Below, in pieces: positions 29,961 to 40,388 of a stretch of DNA of 64,000 nucleotides (positions within the stretch are counted from its first letter, which is position 1; each line of letters begins with the position of its first letter). The translations under genes and the position numbers were made by a program. The notes under the pieces are model-generated. The model searched no databases, was not told the origin of the DNA, and saw only the letters and a program-made list of their open reading frames with translations. Where the stretch lies: contig WAKH01000004.1 of the NCBI GenBank assembly GCA_015523485.1, positions 1,667 to 65,666 of the forward strand, read 5' to 3'. Source of the DNA: Thermodiscus sp. (GTDB lineage: Archaea; Thermoproteota; Thermoprotei_A; Sulfolobales; Acidilobaceae).

Positions 29961-30491
29961 ATGGGATGCCTCGACAAGCTTGGTCCTGGAAGTAAGGCTC
30001 CCGACCTCGTCAATGTCGTCGTCGAAATACCTATGGGCAGCTCGGTCAAGTACGAGTTTGACAAAGAATCATGCCTAGTCAAGGTTGACCGCTTCCTCTA
30101 TACTAGTATGGTGTACCCGTTCAACTATGGCTTTATTCCCGGAACGTTGGAGGAAGACGGTGATCCAGTAGACATACTAGTTCTAAGTAGAGAGCCAGTA
30201 GTGCCTGGAAGCGTAATTGAAGCGGTCCCCGTCGCGCTCCTAATAATGGAGGACGAAGAGGGTATCGACAACAAGATCCTAGCAGTCCCTAAGGCCAAAC
30301 TAGACCCGTTGTATTCTACTATAAAAGACGTGGGCGACCTGCCAGATATACTGAAAGACAAGATCAAGCACTTCTTCGAGCATTACAAGGAGCTCGAGCC
30401 TGGGAAATGGGTCAAAGTTAAGGAGTGGAGGAGCGCGGCAGAGGCTAAGGAGAGGATAAAGAAGGCTATTGAGCGCTACAAGAGTGGCTAG
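29961..30491 (+). CDS. ppa: Inorganic pyrophosphatase (family I)
   Basis: [25 protein letters not shown]; start uncertain (29931, 29946 or 29961). Confidence 0.95.
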   Translation: MGCLDKLGPGSKAPDLVNVVVEIPMGSSVKYEFDKESCLVKVDRFLYTSMVYPFNYGFIPGTLEEDGDPVDILVLSREPVVPGSVIEAVPVALLIMEDEEGIDNKILAVPKAKLDPLYSTIKDVGDLPDILKDKIKHFFEHYKELEPGKWVKVKEWRSAAEAKERIKKAIERYKSG

Positions 30492-30493
30492 AA

Positions 30494-31123
30494 ATGAAAA
30501 AATTCTTAGCTTTTATATTTATTATTTTAATTATCTTTACCATATATACCGCTTACGCGTTTGGGTACCAATCCGGAACAGCATACTATTCCATTGTCAT
30601 TGTCCAGGTACCTTCGTGGATCTCGCTTAACCTGTCAGACACAGGTAGACTCTACGCGTTAACTAGCTACTCAGGCTATAGAGCGTTAATTAAAGTAGAC
30701 TATGATACAGGCACGATATCCTTTCCGACAACCTATGAGTCCAACAATTATATTCCTCAAAAAATGAAAAATTTCATAAAAGATATTTTTACTGAAGTAA
30801 TCAAGACGAAGCCGGAGAGAAATGCTAATCTAGAAATCTACTATCTAAACGAAGCACAGGGCAATGAACTCTACGTTTGCAGCAATGTAGGGATCTCCCG
30901 CGGTCCCGACTATGAAATAGCATATGGTAACATTCCATTAAGAGGAATAATAATGAATGATATAGGTCGAGGATATAAAATAGTCGTATTTTTCGATATC
31001 CTCCAAGCAACAGGAGAGGTATGCGGTAAGCCAATACATAAACAGACTCTTGGAATATTCACAACTGTGGCCAGCCTGGCGATAATTGCTCGGGCTATAA
31101 AGTCATTCCTCCAGTACAGGTAG
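30494..31123 (+). CDS. Hypothetical membrane-anchored or secreted protein
   Basis: N-terminal signal/TM helix and C-terminal TM helix; AT-rich; no recognisable motif. Confidence 0.6.
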   Translation: MKKFLAFIFIILIIFTIYTAYAFGYQSGTAYYSIVIVQVPSWISLNLSDTGRLYALTSYSGYRALIKVDYDTGTISFPTTYESNNYIPQKMKNFIKDIFTEVIKTKPERNANLEIYYLNEAQGNELYVCSNVGISRGPDYEIAYGNIPLRGIIMNDIGRGYKIVVFFDILQATGEVCGKPIHKQTLGIFTTVASLAIIARAIKSFLQYR

Positions 31124-31193
31124 GGAATCCTTATTAAAATATAGAAAAGAGAGATACATGGATGAGACGTAAGAGACTCCGAGGGCTAAAACT

Positions 31194-32201
31194 ATGGAGC
31201 TCTACCATCAATGTTGTCGTTACGCCAGAGTAGGCGATAAGGGAGAGATACTGCTAGGAAGAAACGTTGTTGCCGACGCCTTCGAGAAACGCCTAATAAG
31301 AGTGGTAACCCATGCACACCAAGACCATACCCGTGGGCTTTCAAGGAGTACAAAGTGGAGTATCTATGTTATAGCAACTCCAATAACATTTGAATTCCTA
31401 AAGCTGCTCGGCTATAAGATTCCAGAGGATAAAAAACTACCACTAAGTTATAATAATTCTATCACTATTGAGAATGAGACTATAACACTTGTAAGAGCAC
31501 GACACATAGCAGGTAGTGCCCAGGTACTAGTAGAGTCGCCCTCCTACAGAGTCGGCTATACTGGTGACTTCAAGCTGCCAGGTACTCCTCCCCTTGAAGA
31601 TCTCGATACACTGATCATAGACGCTACATACGGGAGTCCTCGATACCAGAGGCGATGGAGTGATTGGGAAGCTCTGTCAGCGCTAATCGCTTTGATAGAC
31701 GAGAGAATTCATAAGGGACCCGTGTGGATTTACGCGTTCAACGGAAAGATCCAGGAAATTATGATAGAATTGAGGAGGAGGGGGATAGACTATCCCTTCC
31801 TAGCCGAGCCTTTAGCGATTGAAATGGCTAAGGTCTCTTCGAGAGAGTATGGAGTGGATCTCGGCGATCTGAGACCATATCTTGGAGGAGAGCCTGATGA
31901 GAGTGCCGTCATATTCATACATTCATCAAAAACAAACGGAAAAATTAGACTAAAAGGGACGCATATACGACTCACCGGCTGGGAGATCAAATCCATGGTA
32001 CGCATGATTAGAGAGAATGTATTCAACGTATCGTTCAGTGATCATGCAACTTTTAGAGAGATCATTGAATATGTTAGAGATGCCATGCCGAAACAAGTAA
32101 TAGTGGATGGTTACCGCGGCAAGGATGCTTGGTTCACAGCGAAATACATAGAGAGAAGACTTGGCATACCAGCAATACATATGCCGGTGAGGAGAAAATG
32201 A
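31194..32201 (+). CDS. MBL-fold metallo-hydrolase (beta-CASP-type nuclease)
   Basis: THAHQDH, RHIAGS, YTGDF, DATYG, FSDHA. Confidence 0.85.
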   Translation: MELYHQCCRYARVGDKGEILLGRNVVADAFEKRLIRVVTHAHQDHTRGLSRSTKWSIYVIATPITFEFLKLLGYKIPEDKKLPLSYNNSITIENETITLVRARHIAGSAQVLVESPSYRVGYTGDFKLPGTPPLEDLDTLIIDATYGSPRYQRRWSDWEALSALIALIDERIHKGPVWIYAFNGKIQEIMIELRRRGIDYPFLAEPLAIEMAKVSSREYGVDLGDLRPYLGGEPDESAVIFIHSSKTNGKIRLKGTHIRLTGWEIKSMVRMIRENVFNVSFSDHATFREIIEYVRDAMPKQVIVDGYRGKDAWFTAKYIERRLGIPAIHMPVRRK

Positions 32202-32746
32202 CGAGTGTAGAAGAAGGAGATAAGAGGTTAATCGAAGCGTTAATCGATCACCTGGACAGTAGCTATATCTACCTAGGCCCCTTCCTAATGACTCTCGCCA
32301 TGATCACTGGTTACATTTCAACCCTGACACCAAAGGAAGTAAGCACGCTACTAGTACCCATAGCCGTTTCCCTAGGGGTAATAGGAGGCTACCTGGAGTT
32401 CCACACACTAATTGTACTATTGAGGGCTAGAGATATCCTACTGGGTAGGGACCCTTCGCTGATCAAATACATCGGCAGAGCAGCTATCCTAACGGGCTTC
32501 TATTACTCGATACTAGGGTCTCTCATAATAGCTTCTACAGTTAAGGATATCATCGAGCATGTAAGGGAGAAACCGATACAAGATCTAGCCTGCAGGAGGT
32601 ACTACAATTATATTTACTTGATAATTAGTCTGGGAGCGGCACTATCGCCGCTACAAGCGTGTATATCACGAGATATTAGGGATCTACTTTCGTCTAGCCA
32701 TATCCTCGTGGAGGAACTTCCTGAAGGCTTCGGCGCCCATGCTTAA
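32198..32746 (+). CDS. Hypothetical membrane protein
   Basis: Several hydrophobic helices; ATG 32198 overlaps the upstream stop (ATGA). Confidence 0.6.
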   Translation: MTSVEEGDKRLIEALIDHLDSSYIYLGPFLMTLAMITGYISTLTPKEVSTLLVPIAVSLGVIGGYLEFHTLIVLLRARDILLGRDPSLIKYIGRAAILTGFYYSILGSLIIASTVKDIIEHVREKPIQDLACRRYYNYIYLIISLGAALSPLQACISRDIRDLLSSSHILVEELPEGFGAHA

Positions 32747-33424
32747 TACCGGGAGGAGTATCCTCGGCGCTCTAATCCCTCTATCAAGAATCGCTCTCCA
32801 AGTCTCCCCGCACTCTTGACATACCAGTAAACCAATCCTCCTCTTCTTGTCAGTAAACACACCTATCGAAACGGGATCAGAGTTACCACAATAGGGGCAA
32901 ATGACACGGTCTTTCGATATACGCCACTCATACGAGCAGAACGGGCATACCATATGATAGCCATAGTCTCTCACCACCATAGTCTTACTCTCTGCACCGC
33001 ATACCGGACAGATTGGACCGGTTCTATCTTCAACTCCCTCATTCAGCCTCTCCTCCGCTACGCATCTAGCAATAGCCTGAACCAAGATGGCCATTATCGT
33101 CGTTTCTTCCCTCTCCATATTGCCAGCTAGAAACTCCCTTAGAACGATGCGAACATCCACATCTCGGGTTAAGGATAAGCCAACCATCTCTGCAACTCTA
33201 TGAAATGCCTCCCCAAGCCAACCACTGGATAAGAGACCGTCAATTACTGATTGGAGCTCTCCCCTACACGCATTGTTGGCCCTTAATTCATCCATAATCT
33301 TGAGCTCTACTCGTTCTACGTTAATCGATTTCTCCCTGTCGATGGATCCTCCTTTTAGAAGGTGTAGATATTTGTCTAGCGCCGTCTTGAATTCTTCTAG
33401 CCTTTCGTTTACTTGACCCGACAT
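32684..33424 (-). CDS. fdhE: FdhE-like (formate dehydrogenase accessory) Cys-rich protein
   Basis: CPVCG, CPFC..EW, CPYCGN and CQECG in FdhE-like spacing. Confidence 0.72.
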   Translation of the reverse strand: MSGQVNERLEEFKTALDKYLHLLKGGSIDREKSINVERVELKIMDELRANNACRGELQSVIDGLLSSGWLGEAFHRVAEMVGLSLTRDVDVRIVLREFLAGNMEREETTIMAILVQAIARCVAEERLNEGVEDRTGPICPVCGAESKTMVVRDYGYHMVCPFCSYEWRISKDRVICPYCGNSDPVSIGVFTDKKRRIGLLVCQECGETWRAILDRGIRAPRILLPVLSMGAEAFRKFLHEDMARRK

Positions 33425-33426
33425 TT

Positions 33427-34464
33427 CTAATCAGCACCTTTAGTGGCTGCTCTCTGGAGTATACTAATCATCCATCTATATCCTTTCCATATATGGTGTG
33501 GCATTGCGACGATTCTTATTCCTCTCCCGAGACACTTGTAGACGGAATATCCCATTCCTTCAATGTTGTGTATAATTCTATCAATATGCTCATGTTGTAG
33601 GCATCTAATCGGTGCTGGTCCACCAACGCCCCGGTAGCCGACTGCTTCCAATTCCTCTACAATGTTATCCACCATCTTTTCCAAGTCCCTTGCCAGCCCT
33701 ACTGGGCCCGATGGCCAGTTTTCGACGACGAGCTTCAACGATATACTCGCTGCATATACGGCGCATCCCGGCCTAGTTCCAAGTAGTCCAAACTGCCTCT
33801 TACCTGGCAAATATGGTGACTCGAACCAGAGAGATTCCAGTATGTCTTCGTCTCTCGCGTAGAGAACTCCTGCTGGCGGCGGTGCTTCCGGTATTTTATG
33901 AAGATCGACGGCCATTGTGGAAATAGTATCGTCTAGTCCAAGTTCAATATTTTCCACCCGGTTAGAGTGTCTAAGAATTGTTCCATAATAGGCTGCATCT
34001 ACATGGACCACGGCCCCCCTTCGACTTGCCAATTCTGCTATCTCGTTTAGCGGATCGACGGCTCCCGTCTCTGTGGTTCCGAGGGTTACTACGATAACGT
34101 CGGAGTTCTTCACCTTACTAGCAAGCTTTGCATAATCTGTTTCCACGTATTCTAGGCCTAGGATGTAGGCCGCTTTCCTAACGCTGTAATGAGTGTGGGG
34201 GAAGGCTACTACTCGTTTCTTGCCCTGTTTACGCCAGTATAGTAGTGCGAGTATGTTGGACTCCGTTGCTCCACTTGTCATCATACCTGGATATTTTGAT
34301 CCAAATACTATGTTCGAGAATCTTCTGACTACGTCATCATGTACTTCTCTTAGGTTTGGATACGAGTCTAGATCTCCCTTGTTCGTATGGGCCCATTTAG
34401 CGCATGCCTCTCTCGCTGGCCACGGCGGGTCTGGAATCATTCCACCGATTACCTGCGTGCCCAT
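33427..34464 (-). CDS. mfnA: PLP-dependent group II decarboxylase (MfnA-like tyrosine/aspartate decarboxylase)
   Basis: TSGATESN, HYSVRKA, GTTETGAVDP, HVDAAY, DLHK (PLP lysine), GTRPG. Confidence 0.8.
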   Translation of the reverse strand: MGTQVIGGMIPDPPWPAREACAKWAHTNKGDLDSYPNLREVHDDVVRRFSNIVFGSKYPGMMTSGATESNILALLYWRKQGKKRVVAFPHTHYSVRKAAYILGLEYVETDYAKLASKVKNSDVIVVTLGTTETGAVDPLNEIAELASRRGAVVHVDAAYYGTILRHSNRVENIELGLDDTISTMAVDLHKIPEAPPPAGVLYARDEDILESLWFESPYLPGKRQFGLLGTRPGCAVYAASISLKLVVENWPSGPVGLARDLEKMVDNIVEELEAVGYRGVGGPAPIRCLQHEHIDRIIHNIEGMGYSVYKCLGRGIRIVAMPHHIWKGYRWMISILQRAATKGAD

Positions 34465-34549
34465 TAGTCGTTCCCGTAGGAATCTGGCTTGGAAGGGTTT
34501 ATACAGTATAGTACTTGTATAAAGGGAAAAATGATTAGAATAAAAATAA

Positions 34550-35941
34550 TTAGCTTAGGCTGGTAACGTAGACTGGAGCTATTAAGCCTAGTACTAGTAT
34601 GGCCACTGCAGATAACACTATTGCGGCTCCGATATGCCATTTCAGCGTTACTTCCGGTTTCTCGGAGGCTACTAGGTCTCTTATCGCCCTTACATAGTAG
34701 GCGGAGCTTATTGCACTGTTGACCAATGCGATTGCAACCAGTATTATAGAGTAGGCTGATGCTGCGTAGAAGAGGTAGAGCTTGCCCCAGAAGCCTAGTA
34801 GTGGCGGTAGGCCTAGTAGGCTTAGTAGGAGCATGCCAGCTGATATTGAAACTACCTTGTTCCCGGAGAGTAGGCCTTTGAGTTTCTCGATGCTGCTTTC
34901 GTCTACTCCAATCGGGAATAGGGCTGCCTTCGAGAGCCCGTAGGCTGTAGCTTGTAGTGCTATAGCTGCTAGCGCTATCGTCTTCATTGGAGTGTCTAGT
35001 GGAGCTAGGTATGCGATTGCGCTTAATCCAACTAGGATGTATCCTACTTGTGCTATGCTACTGTAGGCTAATAGCTTCCGAATATCCTTAGTTGTCAGCG
35101 CTGCTATGTTACCGTACGTCATAGTGAGGACTGCAAGAACTGCTAGGACTATTGCTATCCTGGTCGATACTATCGGGTTTGCTGATGAATATAGGATTAT
35201 CTTTGTTATTAAGCCTATGAATGCTATCTTTATCATTCCTGTCACGATGCTAACCATGTATCCATTGCCCTTAGAGTATACGCTTGGTAGCCACCAGTGG
35301 AATGGTACTACGCCGAGCTTGAATCCTAGAGCTATTATGAGCGATAGTAGTACTATTGCACTGAATTTATCGATGGTTAGGCTAGCGAATGAGAAGCCTA
35401 GGTTGCCAGCCTGTGATGATAACACATAGTCTCCTCCAACCCATATTGCGAGGAATAGTGTTGCTATTGCTCCAAGGAATATGTATTGTATTGCCGCTCC
35501 CCTACTGTCCCTGTCGCTTGGTAGAGCCATCATTACATAGCTTATAATTGAGACTAGTAGCCAGGTTGCGAGGACTAGTAGTGCATCCATTGCTCCAAGC
35601 ATGTAGTATGAGCCGAATAGTGCTAGTGGCACTAGGCTGTAGTAGGCTGGGCTGCTCTCCCAGAATGCTGGTTCTCTGCCTGATGCTAACACTGATATTG
35701 CTGCCGCGAGGCTGATGGCCATCAATAGTACCGCCGTGAACTGGTCGTGCTGGACTAGTCCATTGTAGAGATTGATCGGCGCTTTAGCGTAGGTTTCAAC
35801 GGATACGAGTATGAAGATAAGTATCGCAGCCCATGTTAAACCTGGTATCAGCTTGCTTGTTCTAGAGGTAAAGATTGATAGGACTGGGATTATGAGTGAT
35901 ATCGCCAGTACACCATATAGTCCTAACGTGATCAGCTCCAT
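34550..35941 (-). CDS. nuoN: Complex I-like subunit N
   Basis: FKLGVVPFHWWLP, LLAYSSIAQVGY, GLPPLLGFWGK. Confidence 0.9.
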   Translation of the reverse strand: MELITLGLYGVLAISLIIPVLSIFTSRTSKLIPGLTWAAILIFILVSVETYAKAPINLYNGLVQHDQFTAVLLMAISLAAAISVLASGREPAFWESSPAYYSLVPLALFGSYYMLGAMDALLVLATWLLVSIISYVMMALPSDRDSRGAAIQYIFLGAIATLFLAIWVGGDYVLSSQAGNLGFSFASLTIDKFSAIVLLSLIIALGFKLGVVPFHWWLPSVYSKGNGYMVSIVTGMIKIAFIGLITKIILYSSANPIVSTRIAIVLAVLAVLTMTYGNIAALTTKDIRKLLAYSSIAQVGYILVGLSAIAYLAPLDTPMKTIALAAIALQATAYGLSKAALFPIGVDESSIEKLKGLLSGNKVVSISAGMLLLSLLGLPPLLGFWGKLYLFYAASAYSIILVAIALVNSAISSAYYVRAIRDLVASEKPEVTLKWHIGAAIVLSAVAILVLGLIAPVYVTSLS

Positions 35942-35946
35942 TCACT

Positions 35947-38004
35947 TCACCCCCATGCCAAATATAGGAAGAGTAATACTATGGCTGCGAAGTACAGGTA
36001 TAGCATCATGTAGTAGTCTGTCCTGCCGCGGTGGAGGGTTCTTAGAGCCGCTGCTCCTGCAGCGAAGACTATTGGGATTGCAAAGTGGTAGAATATGTCG
36101 ATTCCGAAGTCTACTATTGCCACTGCCGATGCTAGTGCTGCGAAGCCTCCCACTATGACTATGTAGTATATTGAGTTGATGTACCATCTGTCGTATAGGA
36201 AGTCGTGTATGGCTCTTGCTAGCGCTGACCTCTTTATCAGTCCAGGGAAGTCTACTTTGACTACGAGGTAGAGTGTCGCTACGATTACTATTGATGCTGC
36301 TACCAATCCTAGGACCATTAACACTGCTCCTGTTAAGCTCACTGTTAGGCTGATACCTTCTCCAATGCTGAGGGTTTCGGCAACTGCCTTAGAGATGGCC
36401 TGGCTGGTTCCTGTCCAGTATAGTCCTAGTACCAGGCTAGCTATTGCTAGTATGGTGTATGGCCATAACATCAGGCCTGGAGCTTCATGTACTTCGTGAC
36501 CTTCGTGTTTCTCGTATGGCTCTAGGTGGAAGACTCTTAGTATCATCCTTAACGTGTATGCAGCGGTGATGGCGGCAGTCACTACTCCTAGCGTGTAGCC
36601 CCATGTGAAGTGTGCTTCCTCTGCAGCCTTCAGTACTAGTTCCTTAGAGAAGAAGCCGCTCAGCGGTGGTATACCCATTAGGCTTAGTCCAGCGAGCCAC
36701 ATGGATACAGCGGTTATCTTCATCACTTTGGCGTACTTGCCCATGGGATCTATGAATCTACTGTGTGCCGCGTGTAGGAGCCATCCTGCTATTAGGAATA
36801 AGGCTGCCTTGAATACCGCGTGGCTGACTAGGTGGGATAGGCCCGCGCTTATTCCTAGAGATAGGCCCTCGTAGCCTGCTTCTATTAGTAGACCTGCGGC
36901 CGCTGCACCTAGGAACATGTATCCAAGCTGGCTTGCTGTCGAGTAAGCGAGTATCAGCTTGAGCTCGTTTGATACTAGGGCCATTGTTCCCATCATGAAT
37001 GCAGTTATCGCACCTAGTCCAGAGATAATCAGGAAGTATTCCTTTACTGATTCAACTACGGCAGGGTCAGTGTGTAGTAGAGCGTAGGCTCCTGCGAAGA
37101 TAATGGGGACGAATCTCAGCATGAAGTAGACCCCAGCCTTTACCATTGTCGCAGCGTGTATGAGTGCTGAGACTGGTGTTGGACCGGTCATTGCAGTTAC
37201 AAGCCACTCGTGGAACGGGAATTGCGCACTCTTGGCTAGGGCTCCTAGGCTGAATAGGAGCAGTACTGGTACTAGGATTCCCTTCGTAGCAAGGTATCCT
37301 AGCCAGCTGCTTGATGTTGCAGCCAGCTCTGGTATGTTGAACGTTCCTGTTATGAGGTAGATTACGGCCATTCCTATGAGTAGGCCTATGTCGCCTATCC
37401 TGGTGAATAGTATAGCTCTTACACCGCTGTGGCTTGGCTCGAAGTACATTGGTTGTCCTAGTGCTTTCCTGCCTGGTACACCCACCCAGTATTCTTCCTC
37501 ATCCGTGTACCAGTGCCCGATTAGTGCGTAGCTCGCTATACCGGTTCCCTCCCAGCCGATGAAGAGTAGTACTAGGTTGTCAGCTAATACGAGTAGTAGC
37601 ATGCTTGCTACGAAGAAGGTTATGAAGAAGAAGTATCTTGCAGCTCCCCAGTCTCCTTCCATGTACTTTACACTGTATATTGCTATTAGTAGGCTAATCC
37701 ATGACACTACCAGCGCCATGACGACGCCGAGGCCGTCCAGGTAAGTTCCAACGGTGATATCCAGCCATGGCACCCAGACTTTACCGTAGAGACTGTATAT
37801 TGGCCCGTTTGAGAAGACTTGCTGTGCTGCCAGTGTTGATAGGATAGCTGAGACACCTATGCTTGCCACGCTGCCCCATGCGTATATCTTCTCATTCTTT
37901 ACTCCTAGCAGGTATAGTAAAGCGAGTACTGCCGCTCCAATGTACGGGAATATCCAGATGAGAGACCAGGGCATTAAGCCAGTTACAGTCACCGACGCCT
38001 CCAT
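35947..38004 (-). CDS. nuoL: Complex I-like subunit L
   Basis: FIGWEG, RIGD, KSAQFPFHEWL..AM.GPTPVSALIHAATMV, HAVFKAALF. Confidence 0.93.
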   Translation of the reverse strand: MEASVTVTGLMPWSLIWIFPYIGAAVLALLYLLGVKNEKIYAWGSVASIGVSAILSTLAAQQVFSNGPIYSLYGKVWVPWLDITVGTYLDGLGVVMALVVSWISLLIAIYSVKYMEGDWGAARYFFFITFFVASMLLLVLADNLVLLFIGWEGTGIASYALIGHWYTDEEEYWVGVPGRKALGQPMYFEPSHSGVRAILFTRIGDIGLLIGMAVIYLITGTFNIPELAATSSSWLGYLATKGILVPVLLLFSLGALAKSAQFPFHEWLVTAMTGPTPVSALIHAATMVKAGVYFMLRFVPIIFAGAYALLHTDPAVVESVKEYFLIISGLGAITAFMMGTMALVSNELKLILAYSTASQLGYMFLGAAAAGLLIEAGYEGLSLGISAGLSHLVSHAVFKAALFLIAGWLLHAAHSRFIDPMGKYAKVMKITAVSMWLAGLSLMGIPPLSGFFSKELVLKAAEEAHFTWGYTLGVVTAAITAAYTLRMILRVFHLEPYEKHEGHEVHEAPGLMLWPYTILAIASLVLGLYWTGTSQAISKAVAETLSIGEGISLTVSLTGAVLMVLGLVAASIVIVATLYLVVKVDFPGLIKRSALARAIHDFLYDRWYINSIYYIVIVGGFAALASAVAIVDFGIDIFYHFAIPIVFAAGAAALRTLHRGRTDYYMMLYLYFAAIVLLFLYLAWG

Positions 38005-38011
38005 CCCATCA

Positions 38012-39577
38012 TCACCCCAATAAGGATACGATTACTTCTGATGCGGGCTTCAGAGAGTCCATCACCGGCGTTATCGCGATGAAGTAGAATACTCCGATGA
38101 TAGCGACCAACACGACTATTGCCTTAAACGTGTCTAGTACCTCGAATCCAGGCTTCACACCGAGCTTCTCCGCGTCACTGGAGAGTTGGCCGTAGAATAT
38201 CCTCCGCATAGTTATGAAGGCGTACGCCGCGCTGATTGTGAATGCTATGATCAAGGCTATCGCCAACACAACTAGTTGACCCGTGGTGGCTCCAGCGTAG
38301 GCCTTAACAACGCCTAGCGTAATGAGGATCTCGCTCCACATTCCTAGCGATGGAGGCATTCCTACTAGATGCATGAATCCGAGAAGCGCTGCCGCAGCCG
38401 TTAGCGGGTAGGCTCTTGCGAGTCCTCCCATCCTTGTTATGTCACGCAACCCATGCAGCTCTGTTATGAATACTCCGGCGGTCATGAAGAGGACTGCCTT
38501 TCCAAAGGCGTGGCTTAGATAGTGGAGCATAGCTCCACCTATACCGTATGCTGTTAGAGTCGCTATACCCAGTAGGAGGTATCCCATCTGGCTAACGCTA
38601 GAATATGCGAGTAGTCTCTTGAAGTCTGTTTGCTTCAGTGCAACTAACCCTCCATAGATTATGGTTGCAAGACCCAGCGCGACAAGATAGTCTCGTAAGC
38701 TCACAAAGACGTCAGGGAATAGTGGTAATGCAAACCTTACCAGCGCGTAGCCAGCAATTCCGATGAGGTTCGGGGATAAGAGTGCTGATATCGGTGTTGG
38801 TGCTTCTGCGTGGGCGTATGGTAGCCACATGTGTACGCCCACTACCGCCATCTTTATGAAGAGGCCTATGATGATCAGGGCCGCTGCTAGTTTGGCTCCC
38901 GCGGCTAGGATCGTGTAGGCTGGAGCGACATACGTAATCTCTGTGGGTGTAACCCTTACAACGTCAAATGAGCCGGCGTGTATGCCATAATACAAGACTC
39001 CTACTAGGAATAATGCTCCTGCGACATGTGTCCAGATGAAGTAGAGTAGTGATATTTTCCTCCTATCTCCGTAGCCATAGTATGCTATGAGCAGGAATGA
39101 TGAGACGAGTGATAGTTCTAGGAATACGAAGAACTCGATTAGGTTAGAGGAGAACGCCATTCCTAGCATTGAGGCTGCGAATAGATTGTATAGGAAGTAG
39201 TAGGCTCCCATGCTTGGGGGTGTTTCACCCTCATCCACCATCTCCTCTATACGGGTCAGCATGTACTTTAGGCTGTAAATAGCGACTAGTCCCGAGACTA
39301 TGCTTATTCCAACAACGATAGGCGCCGATAAACCATCTACCAGCATGTAGAATTTACCGATTCCATGCTTGCTTAAGTCGATGACTAGTGGGTCGACGAC
39401 GCCGGCTTTAATGTCGCCCTTGAGCCAGTAGGCAAATACTGCAGCGCCTGGAATGAGTAGTGAGATTGCACTTACCCATCCCATCAGTTTTGCTTCTCCT
39501 CTGCGAGTTAGAGCGAGTAACCCTACTAGGATTGGAAGTAAAACCGAGATCCACCATATGGGTATACCTGCTTCCAC
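38012..39577 (-). CDS. nuoM: Complex I-like subunit M
   Basis: FFVFLE, HMWLPYAHAEAPT, KRLLAYSSVSQMG, MGGL. Confidence 0.92.
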   Translation of the reverse strand: MEAGIPIWWISVLLPILVGLLALTRRGEAKLMGWVSAISLLIPGAAVFAYWLKGDIKAGVVDPLVIDLSKHGIGKFYMLVDGLSAPIVVGISIVSGLVAIYSLKYMLTRIEEMVDEGETPPSMGAYYFLYNLFAASMLGMAFSSNLIEFFVFLELSLVSSFLLIAYYGYGDRRKISLLYFIWTHVAGALFLVGVLYYGIHAGSFDVVRVTPTEITYVAPAYTILAAGAKLAAALIIIGLFIKMAVVGVHMWLPYAHAEAPTPISALLSPNLIGIAGYALVRFALPLFPDVFVSLRDYLVALGLATIIYGGLVALKQTDFKRLLAYSSVSQMGYLLLGIATLTAYGIGGAMLHYLSHAFGKAVLFMTAGVFITELHGLRDITRMGGLARAYPLTAAAALLGFMHLVGMPPSLGMWSEILITLGVVKAYAGATTGQLVVLAIALIIAFTISAAYAFITMRRIFYGQLSSDAEKLGVKPGFEVLDTFKAIVVLVAIIGVFYFIAITPVMDSLKPASEVIVSLLG

Positions 39578-39581
39578 TGCT

Positions 39582-39896
39582 CTACACCCCCTCTTCCTCC
39601 AACGCGGTTGACTGGAGCTCTCTCGCTACCCGGTAGAAGGCCACTACGATAGACACCAGTACAATAACCTCTCCTGAAACAACTGATACTAGTAAGATGG
39701 CGAACGCCGTTGTATAAGCTGGGTTGACTCCAGCTAAGACTAATATTATCAGTAGTATTGCGTTGAATAGCACCTCTATTGACAGCATCTGCCTCAAGAA
39801 GTTCCTCGATGAAGACATCCCGTAGGCTGCTAGACCAGCGACCACTGAGGCCGAGACCACTGCAACTCCCGCTAATGCCGCGTCAACAAATGCCAT
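39582..39896 (-). CDS. nuoK: Complex I-like subunit K
   Basis: RNFLRQMLSIEVLFN, three TM helices, operon position. Confidence 0.85.
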   Translation of the reverse strand: MAFVDAALAGVAVVSASVVAGLAAYGMSSSRNFLRQMLSIEVLFNAILLIILVLAGVNPAYTTAFAILLVSVVSGEVIVLVSIVVAFYRVARELQSTALEEEGV

Positions 39897-39902
39897 CTCC
39901 CA

Positions 39903-40388
39903 TCACCCCCTCCTAGCAATCGATATAGCTTCGACAAGCGTCGCTGCTAATGCGACGAAGATTATCGCAAGCACGACGCCATAGTCGGACGCTAGTATCT
40001 CTGAAACATGTGATACCGAGACGCCGGAAGCCCTTGTAAACGCCTTGTAGATGCCCGTACCAGCGAGTAACAGGAGGAGCGCCGAGCCAACAGCTGCTCC
40101 CGCAAAAAGGCCAGCAGCCTCGTCTCTCTTCTCTTCTCCCCCGCCACCAAGCATTGAAACGCTCATAATGATGAACATGACGGCGGCTCCTACATAGACT
40201 ATGACTAGGAACACCGCCACTAGGGTATAGCCCAGTAAAGCGACCAGGGCCGCGTTGAAGAGGCCTAGCATTGCCAGCGAGACGCTGGAGTATACGAGAT
40301 CATTTAGCCTAACTGTAAAGTAAGCCGAGAGTATCATGAGGATGCCGAGTATTCCTCCAATTAATGGAATGTACTCCTCCACCATCAC
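39903..40388 (-). CDS. nuoJ: Complex I-like subunit J
   Basis: IVYVGAAVMF motif, hydrophobic, operon position. Confidence 0.87.
   Translation of the reverse strand: MMVEEYIPLIGGILGILMILSAYFTVRLNDLVYSSVSLAMLGLFNAALVALLGYTLVAVFLVIVYVGAAVMFIIMSVSMLGGGGEEKRDEAAGLFAGAAVGSALLLLLAGTGIYKAFTRASGVSVSHVSEILASDYGVVLAIIFVALAATLVEAISIARRG

Noticed and set aside
35942..36187. 81-aa same-strand ORF overlapping the nuoL 3' end
   Set aside because: Alternative frame inside intact nuoL; no sign of a frameshift
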